A DNA stretch of 63,962 nt, the filler included. It is 6 parts of 6 records of this genome, joined end to end, with 100 filler letters (N's around TTAATTAATTAA, not from the genome) between each part and the next. Parts side by side here need not be neighbours in the genome. Positions count along the whole stretch, not along the records: positions 26,633 to 41,961 come from DRR723986_6240; 5 more parts are not named here. One strand, 5' to 3'. The first letter of the stretch is position 1, and each line of letters opens with the position of its first letter. The position numbers and the translations under genes were made by a program. Under the pieces are notes generated by a model. It was not told the DNA's origin. It saw only the letters and a program-made list of their open reading frames with translations, and searched no databases. Below are positions 32,335 to 41,569 of the stretch, piece by piece.

Positions 32335-32402
32335 AGCGTGGACCTTTGTTCGGGGGCAGGGGTGTCACGTCCCAGAAGATACGAAAGCACTTGTTTCGAA
32401 AA

Positions 32403-32417
32403 CTGAGGAAAATTCAG
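32403..32417. promoter_or_regulatory. Putative operator, copy 1 (CTGA-N7-TCAG)
   Basis: CTGAGGAAAATTCAG about 70 bp upstream of the DUF1989 gene. Confidence 0.6.
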
Positions 32418-32532
32418 GCGAAGCGGTAGATATTCTAAGGTTTGATGTGGTCAGAACCCTGTGAAGTGCCTCGGCAGACACCCGGTTAGGCGGGTCCTGG
32501 CAATTTGAAGTTCACCTTATGCCGGGGTTGTT

Positions 32533-33318
32533 TCATCCCTGAACCGCGCCACGATCTGCGTTCAGTTTCTGCCCTGTGATGTTCGCCGCCAACGGAGAAG
32601 CCAGGTAAAGATAGCTGAGCGCAACGTCTTGAGCGTCCTGCACGCCGGAGAGCGATTGTTCGGCGCTGATTTCGTTGGCGATGACATCTTCTGACACGTC
32701 CCGGTCGCGGGCCATTTCCCGCAGCGTGTTCAGCGCCGGGCCGGTCATCACCCAGCCGGGGCAGACGGCGTTGACGCGGATGCCTTTGGGGCCCAGCTCC
32801 TTGGCCAGCACCCGCATGAAGCCGATATTTGCGTGTTTAGAGGCGACATAGGCACCCAGTTCCGGTTCCGCTGTGGTGCCCCAGATCGAGGCGGTGACGA
32901 TGATCCGCCCACCCGATCCCAGCAGCGGCACGGCGGCACGGGTGGTCAGATAGGTGCCCATCACGTTGATGTCGATCACCCGTGCAAAACGCTGGTGCGC
33001 TGCGTCGCTTTGATCGGTGATCGGGGTCACTGCCTCAAGCCCTGCGTTGGCGACAAAGATGTCGAGCGCGGGGAGTTGCGAGAAGACCTCGGCCACGCGG
33101 GTTGCATCGGTGATGTCGCATGTCCAACCAGTAACGTCCTGACCGGTTTCCTCCGCCAGCGTGGCGGCGGCGGTGTGGACGTCATCGCCCTGAGACAGAA
33201 TGTGCACGCAGGCCCCATGCTGGGCGAATGCGCGGGCAACACCGTAGCCGATGCCACGGCTGGCGCCTGTGACCATAACGGTCTGGTGGGTGAAATCGAG
33301 GCCGGGGATCTTGTTCAT
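32533..33318 (-). CDS. SDR-family oxidoreductase
   Basis: TGASRGIG, ANAG, YVASK and NAVCPG. Confidence 0.92.
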   Translation of the reverse strand: MNKIPGLDFTHQTVMVTGASRGIGYGVARAFAQHGACVHILSQGDDVHTAAATLAEETGQDVTGWTCDITDATRVAEVFSQLPALDIFVANAGLEAVTPITDQSDAAHQRFARVIDINVMGTYLTTRAAVPLLGSGGRIIVTASIWGTTAEPELGAYVASKHANIGFMRVLAKELGPKGIRVNAVCPGWVMTGPALNTLREMARDRDVSEDVIANEISAEQSLSGVQDAQDVALSYLYLASPLAANITGQKLNADRGAVQG

Positions 33319-33334
33319 ATCGGGGGCTCCTATG

Positions 33335-33369
33335 AAAAAAGACGGCGCGGGACGGGTCCACGCGCCGTT
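33335..33369 (-). terminator. Intrinsic terminator-like hairpin between the VOC and SDR genes
   Basis: Minus strand ACGGCGCG-T-GGAC-CC-GTCC-CGCGCCGT followed by CTTTTTT. Confidence 0.55.
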
Positions 33370-33390
33370 TCAGGGTCAGGGAGTGTAAAC

Positions 33391-33948
33391 TTAGCCCGCG
33401 TCTGCGGGGGGCGGGGCGGGATAACAGCTTTCCGGTTCGGGATAGTCCCAGTCATCGGGAAAGTGGTAGGTTTCAAAGGTGGTTCCGGTGGCGTCTTCGG
33501 TGTTGAAAAAGGCAAACGCATTGCGCCCCATCCACTTTCCGGACTGCACCATGCGAAAGCCGCGCGCCTCCAGGATGCCGATGCGTTCCTCCCACGGGAT
33601 GTTGTTGCAGTCATAGGCCACGTGGTGAAAACCTGTGCCGTTGCGATCCAGGAAATCCTGAAAGATCGACGGCCCCCAGAGCGGCTGCATCAGCTCCCAA
33701 ATCATGTTCCCGGATTTGGCGAAACAGACCTTGAGCGCGAATTCGCAGGGTTTGCCGTCATAGGTCTGATCGGTGACCGTTTCGGGCGAAAACGTGTAGA
33801 CCGCCCATGGACCAATCCCCAGCCGAGTCAGCCCCTGCATGGTTTTGACGTGATCATCGGTGACGATGCACAGTTCGACCACATCGCCCAACATGGTGTT
33901 GGACAAGGTTTCGTCGCTGAGCACGGATGGGAGGTTTGTCAGGTCCAT
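33391..33948 (-). CDS. VOC-family protein (methylmalonyl-CoA epimerase/glyoxalase-like)
   Basis: LGIGPW, WELMQPL.GPSIF..FL...G.GFHHVA, and final FE metal-ligand pattern. Confidence 0.82.
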   Translation of the reverse strand: MDLTNLPSVLSDETLSNTMLGDVVELCIVTDDHVKTMQGLTRLGIGPWAVYTFSPETVTDQTYDGKPCEFALKVCFAKSGNMIWELMQPLWGPSIFQDFLDRNGTGFHHVAYDCNNIPWEERIGILEARGFRMVQSGKWMGRNAFAFFNTEDATGTTFETYHFPDDWDYPEPESCYPAPPPADAG

Positions 33949-33959
33949 GAGCGCGCGCC

Positions 33960-34421
33960 TTATTTTTCAGCGCCGTCAACGCCGGCGATGGCCAAATGCG
34001 GCAGCGGCATCACGCCCAGCTGAAAGAACAGACCAAGCGTGTCTTCGTGATAGAGGTAGTCCGTGACCTTGCCGTTTTCGTCGAACTTGAACCATTCGGC
34101 ACCGTAAATGTCGACTTTGCGGCCCGTGCCGGGGATCCCGTAGAAATCGCCCTGATGGGTGCCGCGCAGGCGAAAGCGGGACATGACAGTGTCGCCATCC
34201 GCCACCAGGTCAATCGCGTCTTCGTGGATGTCAGGGAAGGCCTCGCGCCAGAAGGCCACCAGCTTTTTGAACCCGTCGCGGCCTGACGGCCAGCCATCCA
34301 AAAGAAGGCCATGGCTTACGTTTTCATCAAAGATTTCGTCAACGCGCTGCATATCGTTCTTGTTCCAGCAGGTGGCGTAGATGTCGGCGACGGTGGCCTT
34401 GTTGCGGTCCTGATCGGTCAT
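33960..34421 (-). CDS. SnoaL-like ester cyclase-family protein
   Basis: AFPD, LVADGDTV and GTHQGDFYGIPGTGRKV motifs; GGAG RBS. Confidence 0.85.
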   Translation of the reverse strand: MTDQDRNKATVADIYATCWNKNDMQRVDEIFDENVSHGLLLDGWPSGRDGFKKLVAFWREAFPDIHEDAIDLVADGDTVMSRFRLRGTHQGDFYGIPGTGRKVDIYGAEWFKFDENGKVTDYLYHEDTLGLFFQLGVMPLPHLAIAGVDGAEK

Positions 34422-34513
34422 GTCGGTCTCCAGTTTCGGGTTGGTCTGAGCTTTGACCTGAACCGTCGCAATCACGAGCCATTGTTGTCACCCGACGAAA
34501 CCTCATCTCAAGG

Positions 34514-34528
34514 CTGAGGAGATTTCAG
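34514..34528. promoter_or_regulatory. Putative operator, copy 2 (CTGA-N7-TCAG)
   Basis: CTGAGGAGATTTCAG in the divergent SnoaL/ABC-SBP region; flanking GCG shared with copy 1. Confidence 0.6.
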
Positions 34529-34752
34529 GCGCGAATCCGCACCCGCCTGTTTAGGAAAAGGGGCAACGCCACTGGGTGTCCCGTTGATCGGGTCCCCAGA
34601 TGGTGTCGATCTGGCCCACGCAAAGGGGGTCATTCACTCAACCAGGCGGACCGGCCCGAAACCTGTGTTTCGGGGGAGGGAGAGGCGCGTGCTATGCATG
34701 GCCGATCGTGCCCGCTCAAGAACCTGAAAAAGTTCCAAACGGGAGGAACCAC

Positions 34753-35967
34753 ATGGCTTTCACGACAACATTCAAGGCGCTCCGGACCGGGGTTGCGGCC
34801 TGCGCAATGACGGCGCTATGCAACATTGCGATGGCGGATAGTATTTCGCTGGGCGCGCCTATTCCGCTGACCGGCTACTTCGCCTCCGACGGTGAAACGA
34901 TGGAACAGGCGATAAACCTCGCCGTGGGCGAGATCAACGCCAAGGGCGGGTTGCTGGGCAGCGAGGTCGAGGTTGTTACCTTCGACATCGGTGACCTGAC
35001 CCCGGACAAACTTGCCGCTGCAGCTGCCAACCTGATTGAACGGCAGGGCGTCAGCGCTTTGATCAACGGCTATGGCGGCATGGGTCCCGATATCCCGGCC
35101 TTTTGTCCCTATGGTATTCCCTACATCCACAATGATGCCGTGGCTGGGGTCATCGACTTGGCCGAACGGATGCGTTGCAATGCGATCTTCAACGCCTCGG
35201 ATATTGACCTGAACTATGGCCGGGCCCAGTTCGACATGGTGGTGAATACCGATTATGCTTTTGAAAACAAACGACTGGCCATCGTTCATGGTGACTATGA
35301 GTGGGACATCAACAACGCCAAATCCATGGCAGAAGCGGCTGAAGCTGCTGGATGGGAAGTCGTTTATGTTCAGGAAGTGCCCTATGATACCGTGGAATGG
35401 ACCGGCATCCAAAGCCAGATCCGTGCTGCGGATCCCGCGCTGATTCATCTGGAGGCGCTGGAGCCTGCGGTCGCCACCACTTTCCTGTCGCAATACAAGG
35501 AAAACCCTGCCGGTTCAGCGTTGCTGAACGTGGGCTATATCGGCGCCACCACCGGGCTGGACGATGTGATTGCACAGGGAAACGCCGAAGGGCTGCTGTC
35601 GTTCACGCTGAACGCGCACCGTGACAATGAGGTCGGCAATGCTTTTGTTGAACGTTGGGAAGCAGCCTATGGGTTCGAACCCTCAGTCAGCCTGGCGGCA
35701 GCTGTTTATGATATGGTCTATATGTGGGCCGCAGCGGTTGAACAGGTCGGTGACGCCGACGATCACGCAGCCGTGGCTGATGCGATCCGAACAATGAAGT
35801 ATGAAGGCCTTGTGGGGACCTTTGACTTTAATGACCGAAACTTTGTCGACAACGGGTCGGATACCCAGCCTGCGCAACTGTTCCAAGTACAGAATGGTGA
35901 ACGGGTGCGTCTGGTGGTGGGCGACCAAAAGGTCGGCGACATCGTGACCCCAGCCTGGGTGCGCTAA
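34753..35967 (+). CDS. HAAT (branched-chain amino acid/amide-type) ABC substrate-binding protein
   Basis: Signal peptide; PLTG...INAKGGLLG, AAAVYD and EGLVGTFDF; GGGAGG RBS. Confidence 0.9.
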   Translation: MAFTTTFKALRTGVAACAMTALCNIAMADSISLGAPIPLTGYFASDGETMEQAINLAVGEINAKGGLLGSEVEVVTFDIGDLTPDKLAAAAANLIERQGVSALINGYGGMGPDIPAFCPYGIPYIHNDAVAGVIDLAERMRCNAIFNASDIDLNYGRAQFDMVVNTDYAFENKRLAIVHGDYEWDINNAKSMAEAAEAAGWEVVYVQEVPYDTVEWTGIQSQIRAADPALIHLEALEPAVATTFLSQYKENPAGSALLNVGYIGATTGLDDVIAQGNAEGLLSFTLNAHRDNEVGNAFVERWEAAYGFEPSVSLAAAVYDMVYMWAAAVEQVGDADDHAAVADAIRTMKYEGLVGTFDFNDRNFVDNGSDTQPAQLFQVQNGERVRLVVGDQKVGDIVTPAWVR

Positions 35968-36074
35968 CGCCCCTTCCGGACCGGTTGCGCCCCCCGGGCA
36001 CACCCCTCACGCCCCAGGACGTGGCCGGTCCTCTTTTCGCACATCCCTACAGATAGTATGAGGAGCGTCCACCA

Positions 36075-36803
36075 ATGACGCAAATGTCGCTGGAAAATGT
36101 CACCATGCAGTTCGGGCCTTTCCGGGCGCTGACGGACATGTCCTTTCACATCGACCGGGGAGAGATCCTAGGTGTCGCCGGGCCGAACGGGGCCGGGAAA
36201 TCGACGTTGATGAATGTTTGCACCGGGGGTCTGCGTGCCTCTTCCGGGCAGGTGATCTTCAACGGGCGCGATGTTACCCGGTTCAAACGGCATGCGCGCT
36301 GCGGGCTGGGGATAGCGCAGACGTTCCAGATCCCGACGCTGCTGTCGTCGCTGACGGTGGGGGAGAACCTGCTGGCGGGCCAGATTTTCGGGGCCGAGGC
36401 GCGGGGCGAGCCGACCGGGATCTCGATGGATGAGATCCTGTTTTTGACCCAGCTGGAAAACAGTCTGGAACTGGACGCCGCGCAGGCTGACCTGCTGACC
36501 CGCAAGCGGATCATGCTGGGCGCGGCTTTGGCGACGGGGCCTGAAATCATCTTTATGGACGAACCACTTGGCGGGCTGAACGCCCAAGAGATCGTGGAAT
36601 TCCTGCAGGTTATCCGACACGTGCGCGAAGAGCTGGGGATCACCATCGTCATGGTTGAACACAAAACCCGCGCGCTGGCTGAAATCGCCGACCGGGTGCT
36701 GATTATCAACTTTGGAGAGTTCGTGATGCTGGATACGCCGCAGGTAGTGCTGAACGACGACCATGTGGTCGAGATTTATCTGGGGAAGAAGCACGATGCT
36801 TGA
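36075..36803 (+). CDS. HAAT ABC ATP-binding subunit (LivG-like)
   Basis: GPNGAGKS, TFQ, MDEPLGG, VEH and IYLG. Confidence 0.92.
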   Translation: MTQMSLENVTMQFGPFRALTDMSFHIDRGEILGVAGPNGAGKSTLMNVCTGGLRASSGQVIFNGRDVTRFKRHARCGLGIAQTFQIPTLLSSLTVGENLLAGQIFGAEARGEPTGISMDEILFLTQLENSLELDAAQADLLTRKRIMLGAALATGPEIIFMDEPLGGLNAQEIVEFLQVIRHVREELGITIVMVEHKTRALAEIADRVLIINFGEFVMLDTPQVVLNDDHVVEIYLGKKHDA

Positions 36804-37470
36804 GGTCGAAGGGATCAACGCCTTTTACGGCGATTTTCACGTGCTGCATGACGCCTCTCTGTCTGTGAACAAGGGCGAGTTGGTCGCCGTCGTCGGCGCC
36901 AATGGCCATGGCAAGAGCACGCTGTTAAAGGCGATCTGCGGCCTGACCCCGGTGAAATCCGGCGCGATCCGGTTTGATGGCGGTGACATCGCGGACCTGA
37001 AAGCGCCGCAACTAGTAAGGCAGGGGCTGGTTTACGTTGCCGAAGATCGCCGCCTGTTCCCGGATATGACCGTGTTGGAAAATCTGCTGCTGGGTGCCTA
37101 TTTGCCTGCTGCGCGGGCAGCGGAGAAACACAACCTCGACCGGGTATTTTCGCTTTACCCGCGTTTGGCGGAACGCCGCAACCAGCTGTGCCGCTCGCTG
37201 TCAGGAGGCGAGGCGCAAATGGTCGCGCTGGGGCGTGGGCTGATGTCCGATCCGACGTTGCTGGCGATTGATGAACCTTCGCTGGGCCTCGCGCCGAACC
37301 TGACCGAAACCATGCTTCAGACCGTGTCCCAGCTGAACAAGGACGGCCTGACCGTGTTGATCGTCGAACAAAGCCTCGCGCTGATGAAAGGTATGATCGA
37401 CCGGGTTTATTCGATCGAAGAAGGCGTCTTAAGCGAAACCGACACTGACAACATGCAGGAGGTCCTATGA
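36796..37470 (+). CDS. HAAT ABC ATP-binding subunit (LivF-like)
   Basis: GANGHGKS, LSGGEAQM and DEPSLGLAP. Confidence 0.92.
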   Translation: MLEVEGINAFYGDFHVLHDASLSVNKGELVAVVGANGHGKSTLLKAICGLTPVKSGAIRFDGGDIADLKAPQLVRQGLVYVAEDRRLFPDMTVLENLLLGAYLPAARAAEKHNLDRVFSLYPRLAERRNQLCRSLSGGEAQMVALGRGLMSDPTLLAIDEPSLGLAPNLTETMLQTVSQLNKDGLTVLIVEQSLALMKGMIDRVYSIEEGVLSETDTDNMQEVL

Positions 37471-38339
37471 CCCAGATCCTGGAAATCCTAATCAGCGGCA
37501 TTACCCAGGGTGCCGTCTATTGCGTGGTCGCTGTAGGGCTGTCGCTGGTCTATGGCGCGTCACGCATTTTGAATTTTGCCCATGGCTCGCTTTATTCGTT
37601 GGGGGGCTTCCTGGCCTGGTATCTGGTCGCAGGTGGCCCGGACCTGCCGCTGTGGCTGGTGGTTCTGCTGGTGCTGCCGGTGCTGGCGCTGACCGGTATC
37701 GGGATCGAACGCGCCATCATTCGCCCCCTGCGCGGGTCTGAGAACTGGAAGATCAACACGATCATGGTCACGCTGGGCCTCGCATTCATCATCGAAAACG
37801 GGCTGCAACTGGTGTTCGGCCCCGGCACCCGCACGATCGACCCCTTTGTTGAGGGCACGTTGAGTGTCGGTGGCATCACCATCACCTGGTACAAACTGTC
37901 GATCTTTGTGATCGCGCTGGCCCTGGTGGGTGCGCTTGAATTCTTCTTGTCGTCGACTCGATACGGTCAGGCGGTGCGCGCGGTCAGTCAGGACATGCAG
38001 GGTGCCAATCAGGTGGGGATCAATGTCAATCAGATCTTTGGCCTGACATTCGCCCTGTCGGTGGTGCTGACCGGAATCGCGGGCATCCTGCTGGCGCCGG
38101 TGTTCTTGGTGTCACCGTTGGGGGGCTGGGCGCCCTTCCTCAAGGCCTTTGTCATCGTGGTTCTGGGCGGCCTGGGCAGCACCAAAGGCGCCTTTGTCGC
38201 GGCTTTCATCCTCGCCGTGCTCGAAGCGTTCGTCATTTTCTATATCGGCCCAAGCTGGGCCATGCCGGCCTGGCTGCTGATGCTGATAATCGTGCTGATG
38301 ATCCGTCCCAAGGGTCTGTTCGGTGTGTGGGAGAACTGA
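37467..38339 (+). CDS. HAAT ABC permease (LivH-like)
   Basis: ILNFAHG, GQAVRAVSQD, VVLGGLGS and RPKGLFG. Confidence 0.92.
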   Translation: MTQILEILISGITQGAVYCVVAVGLSLVYGASRILNFAHGSLYSLGGFLAWYLVAGGPDLPLWLVVLLVLPVLALTGIGIERAIIRPLRGSENWKINTIMVTLGLAFIIENGLQLVFGPGTRTIDPFVEGTLSVGGITITWYKLSIFVIALALVGALEFFLSSTRYGQAVRAVSQDMQGANQVGINVNQIFGLTFALSVVLTGIAGILLAPVFLVSPLGGWAPFLKAFVIVVLGGLGSTKGAFVAAFILAVLEAFVIFYIGPSWAMPAWLLMLIIVLMIRPKGLFGVWEN

Positions 38340-38340
38340 G

Positions 38341-39336
38341 ATGTCATTAGGCAAAACCAAATCCGCAACCCCGCTGATCGTGTCGGTCTTCACCGGCGCC
38401 GGGCTGAAACAGCAATCGCTGATCTATTGGCTGGTGATCGCCGCGCTGGCTCTTGCCGGCGGGCTGATCGGAGACAGCTATATCCGCCATATCTTTATCC
38501 TGGTGTTCATCTGGTGCGTGGTGATCGCCAGCTGGGATCTGATCCTGGGCTATGCCGGTATCTTTAACTACGCGCAGTTGGTGTTCTTTACCTTTGGCGC
38601 CTATGGATCAGCCATGCTTTCGATCTATGCCGGGTTGACGCCGCTGTTGGCCATTCTGGCGGCGGCTGGCATAGGCGCGGTGATCGGCGTGGTGATCGCA
38701 GTGCCGAGCCTTAGGCTCAAGGGCGAATATGTGGCGCTATTCACCTTTGCCGTGCATCTGGCGCTGCCGCCGCTGATCCAGCAGGGCAGGGCCATTGGTA
38801 TGGGTGGTAATACTGGCCTGCTGGGAATCCCATGGCTGAACCTGTTCGGCTATCAGGTGTCGCCGATCGACAAACTGACCTGGTATTGGGTGTCGCTGGC
38901 GATTGGGGCGATTTGTGTCTACCTGATCTACTTTGTGATCCTGCGGGGACGGATGGGGTTGGCGTTCATTGCGATGCGGGACGCAGACACATTCGCGCAG
39001 GCCATCGGGGTGAATGAATACCGCTACAAGCTGTTGGCCTTTGTCGTCTCTGCCGTGTTCACCGCCGTCGCGGGTGGGGTCTACGCCCATTACACCGGAG
39101 TGGTGACGCCCAGGGTGCTGGGGACCGAGTTCTTTCTGATGGCGATGGTGATGCTCGCCATTGGTGGGATGGGCCGGTTCCCCGGCGCGGTTCTGGGGGT
39201 GTTCATCGTGGTGATCGGGAACGAACTGTTGCGCAGTTTCGACGACTATCGCCTGCTGCTGCTGGGTATGGCCGTGGTGCTGACGGTGATCTTCCTGCCG
39301 CAGGGCGTGGCCGGGTTGTTCCGCAAGCGCGGCTGA
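38341..39336 (+). CDS. HAAT ABC permease (LivM-like)
   Basis: LILGYAG, LRLKGEY, AMRD, IGGMG and LPQGVAG. Confidence 0.92.
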   Translation: MSLGKTKSATPLIVSVFTGAGLKQQSLIYWLVIAALALAGGLIGDSYIRHIFILVFIWCVVIASWDLILGYAGIFNYAQLVFFTFGAYGSAMLSIYAGLTPLLAILAAAGIGAVIGVVIAVPSLRLKGEYVALFTFAVHLALPPLIQQGRAIGMGGNTGLLGIPWLNLFGYQVSPIDKLTWYWVSLAIGAICVYLIYFVILRGRMGLAFIAMRDADTFAQAIGVNEYRYKLLAFVVSAVFTAVAGGVYAHYTGVVTPRVLGTEFFLMAMVMLAIGGMGRFPGAVLGVFIVVIGNELLRSFDDYRLLLLGMAVVLTVIFLPQGVAGLFRKRG

Positions 39337-39380
39337 GTCTTCACCTGTTTGAAGTCAGACGGCTGATCCCTTGAGTGGGG

Positions 39381-39719
39381 TCAGCCGTAATTGCGTTCCA
39401 CCCAGCGGTCGAGCTGGGCCACCACCTCGCGCAGGGAATAGCCCTTGGGGGTCAGCCCGTATTCCACATGCGGTGGGAACTTTCGGTATTCGGTGCGTTC
39501 GACCAGGCCGAGCTCCTGCAGGTCGCCCAGAACGTCGCCCATTACTTTCTTCGAGATCCCCTCCATCCGGTTGCGCAGCTCGGTCGCACGCAGGGCGCCG
39601 TCGCCCAGCACATCCACCGTCAGCAGCGCCCATTTGTTCGAGATTCGCGACAGGAACAGGCGCGACGGGCAGGTTGCGGCAAAGACGTTGCCGATCTGGA
39701 ACTCTTCATGTCGGGTCAT
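39381..39719 (-). CDS. HxlR/DUF24-family winged-helix regulator
   Basis: FAATCPSR...ISNKW, GISKKV and PPHVEYGLT. Confidence 0.9.
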   Translation of the reverse strand: MTRHEEFQIGNVFAATCPSRLFLSRISNKWALLTVDVLGDGALRATELRNRMEGISKKVMGDVLGDLQELGLVERTEYRKFPPHVEYGLTPKGYSLREVVAQLDRWVERNYG

Positions 39720-39799
39720 GAGGCGGCCTTTCGCGTGGGCTGGGGGTCCGGGCCAGCTTAGCGGCAGGACGGGGGCAGGACCAAGGCCCCTCGCCGTTT

Positions 39800-39873
39800 C
39801 GTGAAGGGGGAGGAGACGCTCTTTATAACCCTATGTATCCACAGCTTTTTTTCAACGCTCCTCTCCCTTCACG
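39800..39873. repeat. 16-bp inverted repeat with 42-nt AT-rich spacer in the hxlR/amidase divergent region
   Basis: CGTGAAGGGGGAGGAG (39800-39815) pairs with CTCCTCTCCCTTCACG (39858-39873), one mismatch. Confidence 0.75.
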
Positions 39874-39879
39874 CATGGG

Positions 39880-39894
39880 CTGAGCTTTTCTCAG
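39880..39894. promoter_or_regulatory. Putative operator, copy 3 (CTGA-N7-TCAG)
   Basis: CTGAGCTTTTCTCAG about 90 bp upstream of the second amidase, immediately followed by a -35-like TTGCTG. Confidence 0.6.
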
Positions 39895-39984
39895 TTGCTG
39901 GAATCCGGTGGGCGGGGATCCTGTGAACAGAACTGAGCGCCCCGCCAGACCGGGCGCCGTAGACACAACAGGAAAGTATGCACC

Positions 39985-41457
39985 GTGACCGATCTAGCCC
40001 GGCTCAGCGCCACCGAAACCGCCCTTGCCATCCGCGAACACCGCGTCTCTGCGACCGAGGTGATGCAGGCTGCGATCAAGCGGATCGAGGCGGCGGATCC
40101 AAAGTTGAACGCCTTTGTGTTCACCGCTTTTGAGGAGGCGTTGAGAGAAGCGAAGAAGGCGGATGAGGCCGTGGCGCGTGGCGATGCGCTGGGGCCGCTG
40201 CACGGCGTGCCGACCGCGATGAAGGATCTGTTTGATTTCAAACCCGGCTGGCCCAGCACTCTCGGGGGCATCCCGCAGCTGAAGGACAACATCGCCGACA
40301 TGAAATGCGGTTTTGTCGAAAGCATGGAGTCCGCCGGTGCGATCTTTGTTGGCAAAACCAACAGCCCCGCAATGGGCTTTCGTGGCACCACCGACAACGC
40401 GGCCTTTGGTCCAACCGGCAATCCGTTTGACCCCACGCGCAATGCCGGTGGCTCGTCGGGCGGGTCGGCGGCGGCTGTGGCGTCGGGCATGTTGCCGGTA
40501 GCCGAAGGGACCGATGGCGGCGGTTCGATCCGCATCCCGGCGGCCTGGACCAACACCGTGGGGTTTCGCGCCTCGGCTGGCCGTACCCCGTTGCTGGTGC
40601 GGCCCAACGCGTTTGCCAATACGCTGCCCTATATTTTCGAGGGCACGATCACCCGCACTGTTGAGGATGCCATTGTCTCGCTGGGTGTACTGCAGGGCGC
40701 GCATCCGGGCGATCCGAACTGCCACGAAATGGTCAATGACTTCGCCGATGCGGGCCTGCGCGGAATCAAGGGGATGAAGATCGGCTTTAGCCCGAACCTC
40801 GATGTCTTCCCGGTCGAAGGCGAGGTATCCGAGGTCGTCGCCGATGCGGTGAAGGTCTTTGAACAGGCTGGTGCCGAGGTCGAAGAGATCAAGATCGGCC
40901 TGACTCGTGACCAGCGCGAATACAGCGATATCTGGTGCCGTCTGTTCGTGCCGATCATGCGCCATAGCTTTGATGCGATCAAAGCGGGCGGTCTGGACCT
41001 TCTGTCCGACGAGCATCGTCACGGGCTCGCCCCCGATCTGCTGGACTGGGTTGAGCGGGTCGGCCCGGGCTATAGCGCCGATGACCTTTACCGCGATCTG
41101 TCGGTGCGCTCCGAAGTGTTCGACGCCTATCAGGCGACCTTTGCAAAATACGATCTTATCGTGTCGCCCACAGTGACGGCGATGCCCGTCAAGAACACCA
41201 CCGACGGCAACACCAAAGGTCCGTCTGAGATCAACGGCATCGCCATCGACCCGCTGATCGGCTGGTGCCCGACCTTCCTGACCAACTTTACCGGTCACCC
41301 GTCGGTGTCCGTGCCTGCGGGTTTGGGAACGTCCGGCCTGCCGGTCGGTCTGCACATCGCCGGGCGTCGCCAGGCCGATGGTGACGTGCTGGCGGCGGCT
41401 TCCGCATTCGAACGCCTGCGCCCCTGGACGCAGCACTATGACCGGATCGCGCTCTAA
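39985..41457 (+). CDS. Amidase-signature family enzyme
   Basis: GPLHGVPTAMKD, GKTNSP, GGSSGGSAAAVA and GTDGGGSIRIPA; GTG start after AGGA. Confidence 0.92.
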   Translation: MTDLARLSATETALAIREHRVSATEVMQAAIKRIEAADPKLNAFVFTAFEEALREAKKADEAVARGDALGPLHGVPTAMKDLFDFKPGWPSTLGGIPQLKDNIADMKCGFVESMESAGAIFVGKTNSPAMGFRGTTDNAAFGPTGNPFDPTRNAGGSSGGSAAAVASGMLPVAEGTDGGGSIRIPAAWTNTVGFRASAGRTPLLVRPNAFANTLPYIFEGTITRTVEDAIVSLGVLQGAHPGDPNCHEMVNDFADAGLRGIKGMKIGFSPNLDVFPVEGEVSEVVADAVKVFEQAGAEVEEIKIGLTRDQREYSDIWCRLFVPIMRHSFDAIKAGGLDLLSDEHRHGLAPDLLDWVERVGPGYSADDLYRDLSVRSEVFDAYQATFAKYDLIVSPTVTAMPVKNTTDGNTKGPSEINGIAIDPLIGWCPTFLTNFTGHPSVSVPAGLGTSGLPVGLHIAGRRQADGDVLAAASAFERLRPWTQHYDRIAL

Positions 41458-41569
41458 ACTCCCTGCGTTTCCGGTCACCTCCGGACCCGGCCCTCTTGAT
41501 CTCTCCCGAATTCTCTCGGGGGCCGGGTTCCCTTTTGCCAATGAAATCAAAACTTCCAACAGGAGAAAC

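Noticed and set aside
32335-32532. Guanidine riboswitch upstream of DUF1989
   Set aside because: No ykkC or mini-ykkC (twin ACGR hairpin) features recognisable by eye.
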